A stretch of 64,000 bases of DNA, from assembly GCF_006345805.1 (NCBI RefSeq), contig NC_042998.1, positions 146,878,001-146,942,000 on the forward strand, read 5' to 3'. The notes below the pieces were generated by a model. It did no database searches, was not told the DNA's origin, and saw only the letters and a list, made by a program, of their open reading frames with translations. The position numbers and the translations under genes were made by a program. Shown one piece after another: positions 1 through 12,681 of this stretch. How positions within the stretch are numbered: the first letter of the stretch is position 1; each line of letters starts with the position of its first letter. Source of the stretch: Octopus sinensis. Lineage: Eukaryota.

Positions 1-574
1 ATTCTATTGTTCATCTTCAAAGCTAGTTATAGGTTACATGGTAGAGTTCTGCCAAGATTTAAATATATACTTTAATCCATCATCATTATTGACTAGATCA
101 GTGTTCTTCCTATCAAAGTGACTCATTTGCCATCTCATATGGTGTATAAAAGTGTTAGTTTTATCTATCAGATTTTTCATTTATTCTTTTTTGGGTGGTA
201 GTGATGTCTTTTAAAGGTGTTTAATAAATAGTTTCTCCATTACAAGGTATTCCACTGTAAGTGCTTAGAGTTATTCAAGTAATAATGTAAAGAAATAGGG
301 ATTTTAAATCAGGGAAGGTATCTTGTGAGCACACTAATACAATCCAGATCTGGTTAACCACATCAAATGATAGGGAACATTCAGAATCGTTCAAGATCAG
401 CAATTAAACTGTACTTCATTTGATTGCTAAATCCCGAGTTCACTTCACTGGATTCTATGTCACATAGAGAGTATATAATCAAGACATGATAAGGTAAAAT
501 AGAGAATTATACATCTTCAAAATTTATTTATTAACTTTCTTCATATTCCATTCTAACATGTGTTTCTACTGTAT

Positions 575-1508
575 AGGTGTCTAATGCAGCCTTTGGAGCT
601 CAAATAGCCACAAATATATTTGCAAATTTTTCACTGTATTAGATAGACACTTTCCACCATCCAGCAAATACAGTGGCATATTCAATAAACACATGATCAG
701 GTTTACTTTTTTGACAACCAGAAATCTTGTCCAAATTATTGCAGTCTACAATTTTAAGAGAATTAGAGAGTTCACATTAGTGAACTCAATAAACGCAAAT
801 AATCACACAAATATAAATAATAATAATAATATGACTGGTAATAGTAGCTATCTAGTTGGGGTGGGGCATGATATGAAGGGAGGTTGTCAACAACTGTATG
901 GCTAGCATAGTGGAAACAGTAATGAATTTACTGAAGTTAATGTAAGGGAGGTAACTGAGCTCAATTTACATTCCCATTAGTTAAATAAACTGAGCATGGA
1001 ATACAATAGCATACCTAATTTAATCTTTTGTGAAACTAATATCCAGAAAGTAATAGCTAACACTCTAAGCAGAATGTATAATACTTCTGATAGTAACAGG
1101 CATAAGGTTTATGACAATAGGCATAATTGTAACTGCTTGCAGGAAAATGTCTCAAAACGTCTGCTTGCAGAAAATATCTCAAAGATAATATAGTATATAA
1201 ACGACTGAAGGTATTTCTAATTATTACATAGATTCATGTTCTACTGACTTTAAAAGAAGATTATGTGATCATCTTTCTTCTTTCAAAAACAGAGAAAAAA
1301 AATGAACTGTACAAGTTAGAGTGGATTCATTTGAACTTTAAAAGATAGGGACACCAAATAATTAACCATTAAATGTTTTCTTCATGGTAGTACATCACCA
1401 TATACTGATGGGAGTCAGAAATATGATCTCTGCTTGGAAGAAATATTCTATGTTCTTACATCAAAATGCAAGTTATTAAACTCCAGAAACGAATTAGTGA
1501 TAAAATGT
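575..1508 (+). mobile_element. Decayed Penelope-like element 3' part (linker + GIY-YIG endonuclease + C-terminus)
   Basis: Frame-shifted manual translation gives ..KFFTVLDRHFPPSSKYSGIFNKH.., YIDSCSTDF/KRRLCDHLSSFKNREK (GIY-YIG-like) and PYTDGSQKYDLCLEEIFYVLTSKCKLLNSRNELVIKC. These resemble PLE C-termini. Many stops; cut off by a SINE at 1509. Confidence 0.65.
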
Positions 1509-1896
1509 GGCGCCGGAGTGGCTGTGTGGTAGGTAGCTTGCTAGCCAACCACATAGTTCCGGGTTCAGTCCTACTGCATGGCACCTTGGGCAAGTGTTTT
1601 CTATAGCCTCGGGCTGACCAAAACCTTGTGAGTGGATTTGGTAGATGGAAACTGAAAGAAGCCTGTCGTATATATGTGTGTGTGTGTTTGTGTGTCCATG
1701 TTTGTCCCCCTACCATCACTTGACAACTGATGCTGGTGTGTTTACAGCCCCGTAACTTAGCAGTTTGGCAAAAGAGACAGATAGTATAAGTACTAGGCAT
1801 ACAAAGAATAAGTCATGAGGTCGATTTGCTCGACTAAAGGCGGAGCTCCAGTATGGCCACAGTCAAATGACTGAAACAAGTAAAAGAATAAAAGAA
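1509..1896 (+). mobile_element. tRNA-derived OK-type SINE
   Basis: Head GGAGTGGCTGTGTGGTAGG..GGGTTCAGTCC (A/B-box-like), internal (TG)n, tail GTCAAATGACTGAAACAAGTAAAAGAATAAAAGAA. Same family as copies at 18.9, 22.7, 29.2 and 32.1 kb. Confidence 0.9.
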
Positions 1897-2525
1897 CAAT
1901 CATATAGAAAAGTTTTTAAATATTTTCCAAATAAGTAATTTTAATTTGAACTCAGATAGAAGGGCATGTAGGATAACCTCAATAAATACTGTTTGCTTTT
2001 CTGCTGAAGGAAAAATAATGTTGTAGTACTTATTTTTTAAGTCTGGTATTTATTCTGTCAGACTGCTAGCTTATGTGGATATAAACAAACTGACACCAGT
2101 TGTCAAGCAGTCGTGGTGGTAGGTACAAGAACAGAAACAAAAACACACACACACACACATAGATACAAACATACATATTGTGGTCATTTCACACATGTTA
2201 CTCAGTAATTTATAGAATATCTAGGAAAATCTGGATATCATGTCCTGAAGTTTCAGAAATTCTATAAAATGTTTGGATTTTCCATTCAAGTTTGGTACAT
2301 TGTGAATATTTTGGTGACTTCCAGAATTCTTATAGAGAACAGAGACCACTGAAGTACATTGATGTTATTGGTAGAGACACACGACATGAAATTGAAGGAC
2401 ATTCTTAATGGGGGACTGAGATTTCCAGTGCAGTATTGTGAAATGCATTTTGATTGCAACCACTTGATTGCAACCATTATCTAATTCTCTTAGATTCACA
2501 TAATGCCAGTTACCTAATTACTTAA

Positions 2526-2689
2526 CTCTTTGTCATTCAGATTATTCTTTCAAATGTAATGCTTATTTATTAACATTGTTTTGAATTACTCACGCATAAT
2601 CTTGTACTTTCAAGATTCTGATGATGTGATTGTTTATATCTACAAGTAAAATATTTGGGCCAGATATGGATGCTATTAATGATAAAGGG
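2526..2689. mobile_element. piggyBac-like MITE, internally deleted copy
   Basis: TTAA|CTCTTTGTCATT...AATGATAAAGGG|TTAA; homologous to 3648-3863. Confidence 0.55.
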
Positions 2690-3122
2690 TTAAAATCTAA
2701 TAAATGTTCAGTTGACAAGCAAACATATTTTTCTGCTGTTTTATTCTTTTCATTAGGAAAATTAATATCTTTTCATATAACAAGGCCACCTTATATTTAG
2801 CAACTTGCATTATATTAAGGTACATATTGTATCTATGATGGTAGAGGTAGAAGTCCTGATTTTCTATGGTACTGTAGTATAACCAGCAATAGTAGAAATA
2901 AAAATCAATAGTTTGGATGCTGAATGTCAATTTCAGAATTTCCAGAATCATTTCCACATTAATTTATTTTTTATATATTTCTATTTAATTTTAACGTTTT
3001 AATCTTTTTAGATTCCAGTTTTCACTCAATATTTTCAGTTCAATGTCTAAACTGCTTTTTTTCTAGCATTCCTGAAATATTCACATTGCTTTTCTCTCTC
3101 TCTCTTTCTCTGTGTGTATGTA

Positions 3123-3164
<42 letters not shown>

Positions 3165-3647
3165 ATCTGTGTGTGTTTTTATTATGGCTTAGGCAGGTGA
3201 ATTGGCAGAAATGTTAGAGCAAAAATGATTTGTGGTATTTGTTTTGAGCCTTTATTTATTTTCTGAGATCAAATCCTGCCAAGAGCAAGTTTACCTTTTA
3301 ATTTTGGGGGGACAATAAAATAAAGATTAATGACTTGTAGGCACACGGTATTTCATTATGCAACCATAATATGCTACAAAGTATATTAAACAATTTTATA
3401 AGTCAATACCATGTACTACAGTATTAGCAGTGCACTTAAATCTGTAGAAATAAAATAAAATACCAGGGAAGTACTGAGGAAAGGTGGGGGACTAAGCTAT
3501 CCACTCCTAAAATTCCTTGTTTTGTGCTAGCAACAATTAAAAATCTCACTATGATCATTTATATCTTTTAATTGTGGGTTTCTCAGAATATCTTATTAGT
3601 GCTTAGTGTAATAATATTTTGAGGAGCACTGTATCATGAATGTTTAA

Positions 3648-3863
3648 CCCTTTAGCATTCAGATTACACTGTCAAATTTAATACCTATTAATTTGCATTG
3701 TTTTGAATTAATCATGCATTATCTTGAACTTTGAAATTTCAAAGATGTGATTATTTATTTTTTAGAATGACATTTTAGGGTAGGTGTGAGAGGCCAGATT
3801 TTGACAGTTTGAACATAAAACAGTATATTTGAGCCAGTTATGGCTGGTTTAAATGCTAAAAGG
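3648..3863. mobile_element. piggyBac-like MITE
   Basis: TTAA|CCCTTTAGCATT...AATGCTAAAAGG|TTGA: CCC-starting inverted termini with TTAA-type target site. Confidence 0.65.
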
Positions 3864-4380
3864 TTGAAAACCTTATACTTCTGTATGACATTAACTCTAT
3901 GGGTGTTTGGTAGTGTAACATTTTGTATATTTTAGAATAAAAGCACAGAAACATCTCTATGTCTCTGTTTCTAATCAGCTGCCTGCCAAAGCCTCCCAGA
4001 GTTTTAATTTCCTTATGCTTGGTGTCATCCTTCAACTTCCAAACAACAAAAAGCACACTAGTTCCCAGAATCTGTGATTTGATTTTTATGTTCTCTGCCC
4101 TTCCCCATTGCCAAACCTTTACTGTTTTCAAGTGAGATAATATTTATCCCTCGAAAGATTGGAAATCAAGAACACCCTTGTATGATATTGATGATTGTTT
4201 ACAATTAACATACATTGTCAAGACAGGGAGACATTAACACACACTCACATACACACACATCCGTACACACACTTATACAAACATACATACACATGTACGT
4301 ATGCACTCACACACGCTCAGGCTTGGTGATATAAGCAGGAAAACTTCTGCTGATTAAATACACACACACAGTGTGTGTAT

Positions 4381-4636
4381 GTGAAGGTGCATGGCTTAGT
4401 GGTTAAGGTGTTGCACTCACAATTGCGAGATCATGGGTTCGACTCCCAAACTGGGTGTTGCATTGTGTTCTTGAGCAAAGCACTTCATTTCATGTTGCTC
4501 TGTGATCATTTCGACACCTGTACAGGTAATGTCAATCTGATGGAGAGAATGAGCTTATGTCTACACAAACACCTGATCACTATAAATAAATCATCTGTAT
4601 GGTTGTTCAGTGAGAAATTGTCAAACCCTCATACAT

Positions 4637-4640
<4 letters not shown>
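4381..4640 (+). mobile_element. tRNA-derived SINE with CORE-like central domain
   Basis: TGGCTTAGTGGTTAAGG (A box), GGGTTCGACTCCC (B box), CTTGAGCAAAGCACTT core-like segment. Confidence 0.7.
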
Positions 4641-4682
<42 letters not shown>

Positions 4683-4683
<1 letters not shown>

Positions 4684-4830
4684 GGCTTCTTTCAGTTTCT
4701 ATCTAACTAAATCCACTCACAAGGCTTTAGTTGGCCCAGGACTATGGTAAGGGACATTTGTCCAAGATGCCACATAATGGTATTGAACCTGAAACTATAT
4801 GGTTATGAAGCAAACTTCTTAACCACACCA
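4683..4830 (-). mobile_element. OK-type SINE 5' half
   Basis: Reverse complement of OK SINE head after a (TA)n tract. Confidence 0.7.
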
Positions 4831-6769
4831 ATCACAATGTACTACTAATTCACTTCTACATTACTCTTCCATTGATTTCATTCTGTCTGTTTTGTACATT
4901 GTGATTTATAGCTATTATATTTATCAAATGATATTCTTATTTACCTTCTAGTGATCAGTACATGGTTTCTGCATTCCTGTCATGTCATCAGTGTGTGAAT
5001 TGCAATGCCAATAAACCATTTTTTTCTGTGATTATGTCCACAATAAGTGGCTCTTTTTACTATGTTACAGCTTTAATCTAAATCTATGCCACTTTATACA
5101 ATGCATTACAGCAATAGGGAGTTTAATGTGGTGGAGTTTAATACATAATATGTATGGGAACAAGTTGTGCATTACTGCACATCACTAAGCATTTATATGT
5201 ATGTGTGTGTGTGTGTATATAGATATATATGCATGTATGTGTGTGTGTGTATATGCATATATATATCAGGGGCGTATATTTTGGGTGTACTAGGTGTGCA
5301 TTGCACAACCGTCGAAAGTGGCAAATTCCTTATAAATATTAGCCTTACTCATTAATTTAATCACAAATCATAATGGAAAACTTTTGTTATATCTCTACTT
5401 AAAATGTTGGCGGTGTCATGAAATAACACTGCACACCTCATGGTTCATTGTATCATAATATGGTACCAGGCATATTGTAGAATAATGGCAAAAAATTAAT
5501 GGCGAAGTGTGTGTGACAGCTTTGACAAGCATGGTTGCATGTTTGTTTTGATGGCGAGAAGTTATATGTTTAAATTAATTAAAAATTCTTTAACTAAAAC
5601 TTGTTTTTTTTTACAATAATTTTTTTCTTACAATATCATGATATAACTTTGATCTTATTTGTTTTCAAGATTAATAATACACTTTTAGAAGTCAGAAACA
5701 AAACTTAAGTCAGGTCGAATTCTGAAAGATTGTGTACTGATAGTTTGCTCAGTAATTTTATGATTTTCTTAGTTGTGTGCTTAAGACATTTTATTTAAAG
5801 CTTAATTTGTGTTGGTCTTTAATGCTTTTACAGTCATAGAGATATGCACTTTTAATTTAATTTTCAGTGATTATATACTTATATATTTGTAACAAAATTT
5901 AGGAGTTTTGTAGCCTAAATCATAACCTGTGAGAGGCCAATGTAGCCTAGTATAATGCCAAGTGAAGTTTTTCATAAATTTGAATGATTTAATTTTGGAG
6001 AAATATTTTTTAGTTTACATTATTTACATTTTGGATCCTGCATTTTGAATAGAAATACAGTTTTTATGCTTAATTTGAGTAATACTAATGTTAGCCATAG
6101 TATGGTCTGTGTGGCAGCACACCTATTGACAACAACCACCATACACCACTGATATATATATGTATATGTTCTCTATTGTTTACACTCTTACACTCAATCA
6201 TCGTCTTCTCTTTTTTCACTTTCCAACTGGAGTAGCCACATATCACCTCAGCAATAAGACATTTGTTCCTGTCTTTTTATCACCTTTCCACATCTAGCAT
6301 AAAACCAGCTTGCTTAATACTACACTCCAATTGTTGCAAGTTACTTGGTAATGTCAGTATTGCTGGTGCCATGTAAAATGCACCCTTTGAAATGGTTGAC
6401 TGGAGTTGATGCAGTCCTCTGGCTTGAATCCCATCAAACCCATGCTAGCATGGCAGATGAATGTTAAATGATGATGATACATACATACATGCACATGCAT
6501 GCACATGCGCACGCACACACACACACACACACACTTTCTATGAATACATTAGGAGCGATTGCTAGGGTGTTGTAGTTGTTATACTCCTCTCTGCTGTGTA
6601 TTTCTGTTTCACACTTTCTTCACTATTTGTATATACATAGATATATTTTCTTATGTTAAGGAATGGCATTTATTTCACCAAAATATGTTCTTGTTTATGT
6701 CATTATAATATTAAAATGTTGAGTACATCGTTTCTTCAGTAGCCACAATTTATTACCAACAGATAACTC

Positions 6770-6888
6770 ACTGTAAAGTGGTTGGTGTTAGAAAGGGTAC
6801 ATGGCCATAGAAAAGCTGCCTCAGCAAATTCTGTCCAATCCATGCAAGTATGGAAAAGTGGGCATTAAAACAACAATGATGATGATGT
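6770..6888 (+). mobile_element. Meta-domain-like SINE 3' fragment
   Basis: GGTGTTAGAAAGGGTACATGGCCATAGAAA..CATGCAAGTATGGAAAAGTGGGCATTAAA..(GAT)n. Related fragments near 6345-6475, 9822-9990, 10405-10553 and 11060-11158. Confidence 0.55.
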
Positions 6889-7157
6889 TTTAGTGTTGGC
6901 CTCATTGAGAGTGATTTACAGAATATGTCTTGGTACTGGATGCAATATTCCTTAAGAGAGTTAGTAAATCTAAGAATATCAGCTTCAGCCAGGAGTGAAA
7001 GTGATTTGTAACCTCAATTCTGTGAGAGTTTACTTTGTATTGAAAATCACACACGAATCTATTCACCAACAGGAACAGGTGTGTAGTAGAGGAGATACAT
7101 TGGAAAGAGAGTAAAAAAATGGTCAGGATGAGGTGTCAGGGCATACCCTCAAGGTAC

Positions 7158-7211
<54 letters not shown>

Positions 7212-8356
7212 ATTCACCATTAAAATATATTAAGAAAATAAAAATGTGCCTTATGAATCATTTTTAATTTTTTTCATGGTTCAAACTGAAATATTGTACC
7301 ATTAAAATGTGCTTCTGTTTTTTTTTAATGACAAATGTAAGAATTTTTCTTTCATTTTCTTTTATATTTTATTATTTTATCTCCTCTTCTGATCATTGCA
7401 CCTTTTACTTCACATATATGAATGTTTGAATATTTTCAGGAAGAAAAAATAAAACTCAGTTTAGTCATTAATCATCTTAATAACTGGTAAAATGAATAAA
7501 ATATAACCATTTTTGATAATGCTATTATTTATGATCTGCAAATTTTTCAAGCTCTTGTTTTAGTTGTGAAGACCCTAAACGCTGTAGTGTTTTCTATGAG
7601 TTTTCATATATGCAAGTACACCATCACCCACCTAAGTAGACAAAGACATGTTTCACATCTTTAACCAATGATTAACTCCATATGCAATTCTAGTGACTTG
7701 AATACATGTTCTTTAGTCAGTCTAACAAGCAACTTTGTCTAGAATGTGGCAAAAAAACTTCCCACATTCAATATTCTTTTTAAATGTTATATGGGCAGTT
7801 TTTCTGCCACACCCTGTATTCTTTCAAATATTATAAATCTTCACATGATGTTATTCTGGGGTCTGGCCCCTTCTCCCCCAGTTATGAATGTTTATATCCA
7901 TGAAAGGTTAAGCAATTTAATCTTTTTATCACATTTCTGTGCACATATTTATTCTATTTCCTATTAACCATATAAGGTCAATAGAAGACTATGATACTAT
8001 TATTGCTAGAATTATGATAATGCTTGTCTGTGTATGATCATGTCTATATCATGACATGATAATGTTACTTTTGTCATGTGACATTTGTATTGTATCATTT
8101 TTTCATTTTTTAACATTTTTATTATATTATTTTCCCCAATGACAGATCTCTTGAAATCAATGTATTTTTAGAAGAAATGGCAGCTACAAATAAGAAAATT
8201 TTTATTATGACCATTTCCATAACTATGACTACTTAAAGACTCAATTTATTGAGAATGTACCCCTAAAACAATGTAACCCCCAGCCATAGTTAAAGGGAGC
8301 CATCTTGTCTTCAGGTGAGCTGATTGTGTTAAAGTTTTACACTTGGAATTATTAAT

Positions 8357-9790
8357 GAGCTCCCAGAATTATTAGCATGCTGGACAAAATACTCAGCAGC
8401 ATTTCTTCTAGTTTTACATTCTGAGTTCAAATACCATCTAGGTCAACTTTGCCCTTCATCCCTTTGGGGGTCAATAAAATAAGTACCTGTCAAGGATTAG
8501 GGTTTATGTAATCGACTTGCCCTCTGCTTAAATTTGTTGGCCTTATGCCAAAATTTGAAACCATTAATATTGGTACCAAAATAATGTTGATCTTACTAAT
8601 GCAAAACCAAATGAATGTAATACACTGATTGCAATAAGATTCTTGTTAATGAAGCTAGTATCAATTAATTATTTTTAACAAATTTATGTGCCAACATTTT
8701 AATCAACAAATCTGTGATCATTAACATTTAATATTAGCATAAACCAAGGTGATGAGCTGGCAGAAGCATTAGCATGCTGGGTAAAATGCTTAGCAGCATT
8801 TTGTTTTACATTCTAAGTTCAAATTTTGCCGAGTTTGACTTTGATTTTCATCCTTCTGGGGTCAATAAAATAAGCACAGTTGAGTACTAGGGTCAATGTA
8901 ATTGACTTGCTCATCCCCCAAAACTACTGGCCCTGTGCTAATTGGAAACCAATATCAGCATTGGCGTGTTGTGAAGTGGCAGTAGGTTTACAATGAAGAA
9001 CTGCATCAAATACCTGCATTTGATTTCCAAGTGGGAACCATTTCATATCACCACTGCCTTGGAAAAGGCATCAAAGTCACCACTGCCTGTCTACAGTTGA
9101 CAAATCGAAGTTTCATGCTTACATTAGAAGATGATGAGAAACTGTTCCTGTACTACTTAGCTGAAAACAATGATTTAGATATGTAACATATTGATGATAG
9201 TGATGGTGATGATAGTATCAGGGTGTCAAGGAAAATACTTTGCAGTATTTATTCCAGTTCTTTAAATTTTGAATCAAATCTCACTGAGGTCAACTTTGCT
9301 TTTCACCCTTTTGTGGGGCTGATAGAATAAAGTAGTTGTCAAGTACTAGGGATGATAGTACGAACTAATCCTTTCAAAATTACTTTCTTTGGGCTTAAAT
9401 CAAAAACCTTGTTAAAAATTGTGAACTGGTAAATAGTCAGAGCATCAGGAAAATGCATTGCAGTATTTATTCTGAGTATGTTTAGAGTTCAAATCTCACC
9501 AAGATCAGCTTTGTCCTTGTTTATAAAGTATTGAGATTAATCTAATTGACTACCAGCCACCTCTCAAAATTGATGGTCTTGTGCCTGGCTAAATCAGTTG
9601 AGCCTCATACAAAATGTTGCACTCATTCTAATACTTAACCTTCTGAATTCAGATCTTGTTGGGGTCACCTTTGCTTTTCATCCCTCTGGGGTTGATAAAA
9701 TAAAGTACTAGTCAAGTACTGGGGGCAATTTAATCAACCACTACCTCATCCATATTTCAGGCCTTGTGCCTAAGTTAGAAACTATTCTTA
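8357..9790 (+). mobile_element. Cluster of ~5 diverged OR-type SINEs, same orientation
   Basis: Recurrent GAGCTGGCAGAA..TTAGCA..CAAAATGCTTAG..GAGTTCAAAT..GTCAACTTTGCCTTTCATCC..GGGGTC.ATAAAATAAGTAC units. Confidence 0.75.
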
Positions 9791-10404
9791 TTATAGTTAT
9801 TTCTATGAAAACATCACATGTATATCATCATCATCATTTTAATGTCCACTTTTTCATGCTCATATGGGACACAGACTTTGTTGAGATATATTTTCTATGA
9901 ACAGATCCCCTTCATATTGCCAACCCTCACTAGTTTCTAAGCAAGTTTATATTTCCCCAGAACCAAGCATGTTCATCATAGAATATTGGAAACAAAAGGA
10001 TATCACTTGCATATTTTAACTGACTGAAAAATGTGTTTATTTCACAATACTGCATTATGTGCCAACTGTGTATTTTGTTTTGGCTTGCCAGCTGCAGTAT
10101 GCTTTGGTTTATGTGGTTTCTACTAATTTCTTATAAGGAGTCAAAGGTTTCCAATCATTTCAGAGTTGTCTTGCTTGGTATTTAATACTTAGGAAAGCAT
10201 AAAGAGCTCGAAATGCATATATTAGTTCGTGGTACTCCAAACTGAATTTGGTGTTTTACTCCATTTGTTTAAAGTAAGAATTTTTCTCTATGGCAAACTG
10301 CAGAGAAAAGGTCTTTTTTTTTTCAGTTCAAATATGTCCCAAACATATTTGAACTGATTGGAAAGTTTGTTTATACACACATGTGTGTATGTGTTGTGTA
10401 TGTA

Positions 10405-10553
10405 TGTATGTCATCATCATCAACATTTAACATTGTTTTCTATGCTGGCATGGGTTGGGCAGTTTGATAGGAGCTGGTAAGGCCAGAAGCTGCATCAGGC
10501 TCCATTGTCTGTTTTAACATGGTTTCTATGGCTGGATGCCCTTTCTAATGCCA
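10405..10553 (-). mobile_element. Meta-domain-like SINE 3' fragment
   Basis: (CAT)n tail then CATGGTTTCTATGGCTGGATGCCCTTTCTAATGCC (reverse of Meta-like motif). Confidence 0.6.
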
Positions 10554-10554
10554 G

Positions 10555-10586
<32 letters not shown>

Positions 10587-10751
10587 ACCAGAGAGATGAC
10601 AGTGGCTGTGAAGTTTTGGCCTCTTAGCTTTCATCAGACTGTACTGTCCTCTTTTATCCTCCTTCCTATAAATTTCATTTCACATTGCTCCACATATCCA
10701 AGAAAGGGAACTTGCCAAAGACTATAAAGCAAAAAAAAAAAATAAGGAACC

Positions 10752-10794
10752 CAGAACTGATGAAGGCTAGCAGGTTGAAACTTTAAAGTCACTG
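10752..10794 (+). ncRNA. Minimal type I hammerhead-ribozyme-like motif (canonical core)
   Basis: CAGAA CTGATGA AGGCTAGCAGGTT GAAA CTTTAAAG TC ACTG: canonical core, palindromic stem III ACTTTAAAGT, GUC site. Stems I and II are imperfect. Confidence 0.55.
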
Positions 10795-11965
10795 TCAGCT
10801 TACTTGTAAAAGTTTAATAAATAATGTACTTTACTAATGAGTAATGAGTAATTCATCAGTTTAATGTTGAATTATTTTTATATATAACTTGACATAAAAA
10901 CGAACATTAATATCTGTGTGTGTGTGTAAGTGTGTTTCCTTGCCCTGACATTGCATGATAGTTATAAATGAATGTCCCTGTCATATAAGCGGTGTCATTC
11001 ATTTCTGTTATTCTGTGAAAATATGCCTGGTCATGGGGAAATATTTCCTTGCTTGGAAACAGATTAGGGTTGGTGACAGGAAGGGTATCATGCCACAGAA
11101 AATCTGCCTCATTAAACTCTGTCTGACCCATGCAAGCATGAAAAAGTGGACATGATGATAACTGTGCTAACAAAACACCATATCTTATAATGTGTTTGTT
11201 GCTTATAGTGGTGATTTATGCTTCCTTCCCATAGTGCATATTTATAACTAGGTAGACTGTGACATTGAGAGTCAGGTGTCTTGACTAAGAACACAGTATT
11301 AACGCAGTACAGTCCCAGGATCACCCACCACTTCTTAAACAGATAAGCCAGCTTGGTTAGCACTCAATCAACCCACCGAGCTGTAACTGTCAAATTACTT
11401 TTTTTTTTCTGATGCAGAACCAAATAACAAGAATCTGTATTCAATGTAAAAACAAGATTATCCTTTCATTTGTTTCTTTCCTCTAATCATGGTTTGCATA
11501 TACAATGTTATATGATTATATATGTTATATTATATCATATTATATTATATGGTTATGTATTATATTATATTATATATAATTATCTTCATGCCCTGAATAC
11601 TTTAAACATTTACTATTTCTCTCATTTTTACACTTCTTTTTGAAAGTTGTTCAGAAAATATTTTGTAAAAGTTTCACGAAGCTAGTCAAGACTGTTAAAT
11701 GTAATTGTTACTATGTCGATTAATCTGTTTATTCTGGAAAATAAATTGAATATTTGAATAATCATTGTTGTTATTGTCAAGATTGCCATTTCATCCTTGT
11801 TGTTCTTTAGTCTCAGATCTGCTCTCATCTACGTAACCTGCAACACTGCATTACATGATTTTTGTTCTTGGGTAGTAACTGTTATTTCCTATTTGCTTAC
11901 CTCTAGACAGTATAACAAATGGCTAATATTTCCTTCAAAATTTGCTTTTGTTATGTTTATTCACA

Positions 11966-12125
11966 CCCCCAAAGAACCCTTTCATCACATGGCTATGATG
12001 CTCTGCCACTATTCCTACTCATGATCAGAGGTGCACACATTGTCAGCTACTAAGGGATATGCTCAAGTGGTTATGGTCAAGTAACTGACAAGCAAATCTG
12101 TGGTATTGAGTAGAATATTTGCTAT
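11966..12125 (-). repeat. Fragment of the ~550-bp interspersed repeat found at 16.46-17.84 kb
   Basis: Reverse complement matches GCAAATATT..CAATACCACAGATTTG..GTCAG..GAGCAT.TCCCTTAGT..CTCTGATC. Confidence 0.7.
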
Positions 12126-12681
12126 AAGGGTATTTCTGCTTTAGCAATTCAGTGCTGAATCTGTCTGAAATGTAATGGAAAATAGATCAATTTCAAAACA
12201 TTGATGTCCAGGTCACAAAAGCAAAATTTGAAAGGAATAGTAGTCATTTCCTTTGATTTCTAGATAGAAGCAAATAGGAAATAACACTTACTGACAAGAG
12301 ACAAACAAAAATAAAAATTTTGTTACGGTGTTATCAAAGACATTCCATCTATAGTCAACACACTACTTTTTCTGACTCATTCTTCCTTTCTGAAAGATAG
12401 TAGAGTGAGATTTGAGGAAGATTTAACTTCCATGATGTTAATTGAGAAACACAGGACAGTTAAAATAAAGAGCAGCAAACCACCAGGTAGGTGGCCATTA
12501 TTTGGTGATTTTGCTCAGTGAAAGGCATGAGTACCCCACTGGTTTATCTGCCAGTTTTATCTGAAAATTGTCATTTAGCATGTGTTTGCTGATCACTGCC
12601 CATTCATATGGATGGGGCTTATGTCTTTCATGATGCAACATCTACTATGCTGCAAAATATGGCATTATTGTTATTATTATT

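Noticed and set aside
4381-4460. tRNA-like sequences at SINE heads
   Set aside because: A/B boxes continue into SINE bodies and no complete cloverleaf is evident; not tRNA genes.
3979-10273. Candidate host exons with AG/GT boundaries (e.g. 3979-4130, 7440-7487, 8146-8314, 9130-9182, 10192-10273)
   Set aside because: Several have stops in all frames, none resembles a protein I recognise, and no consistent phase chain could be built. RNA-seq is needed.
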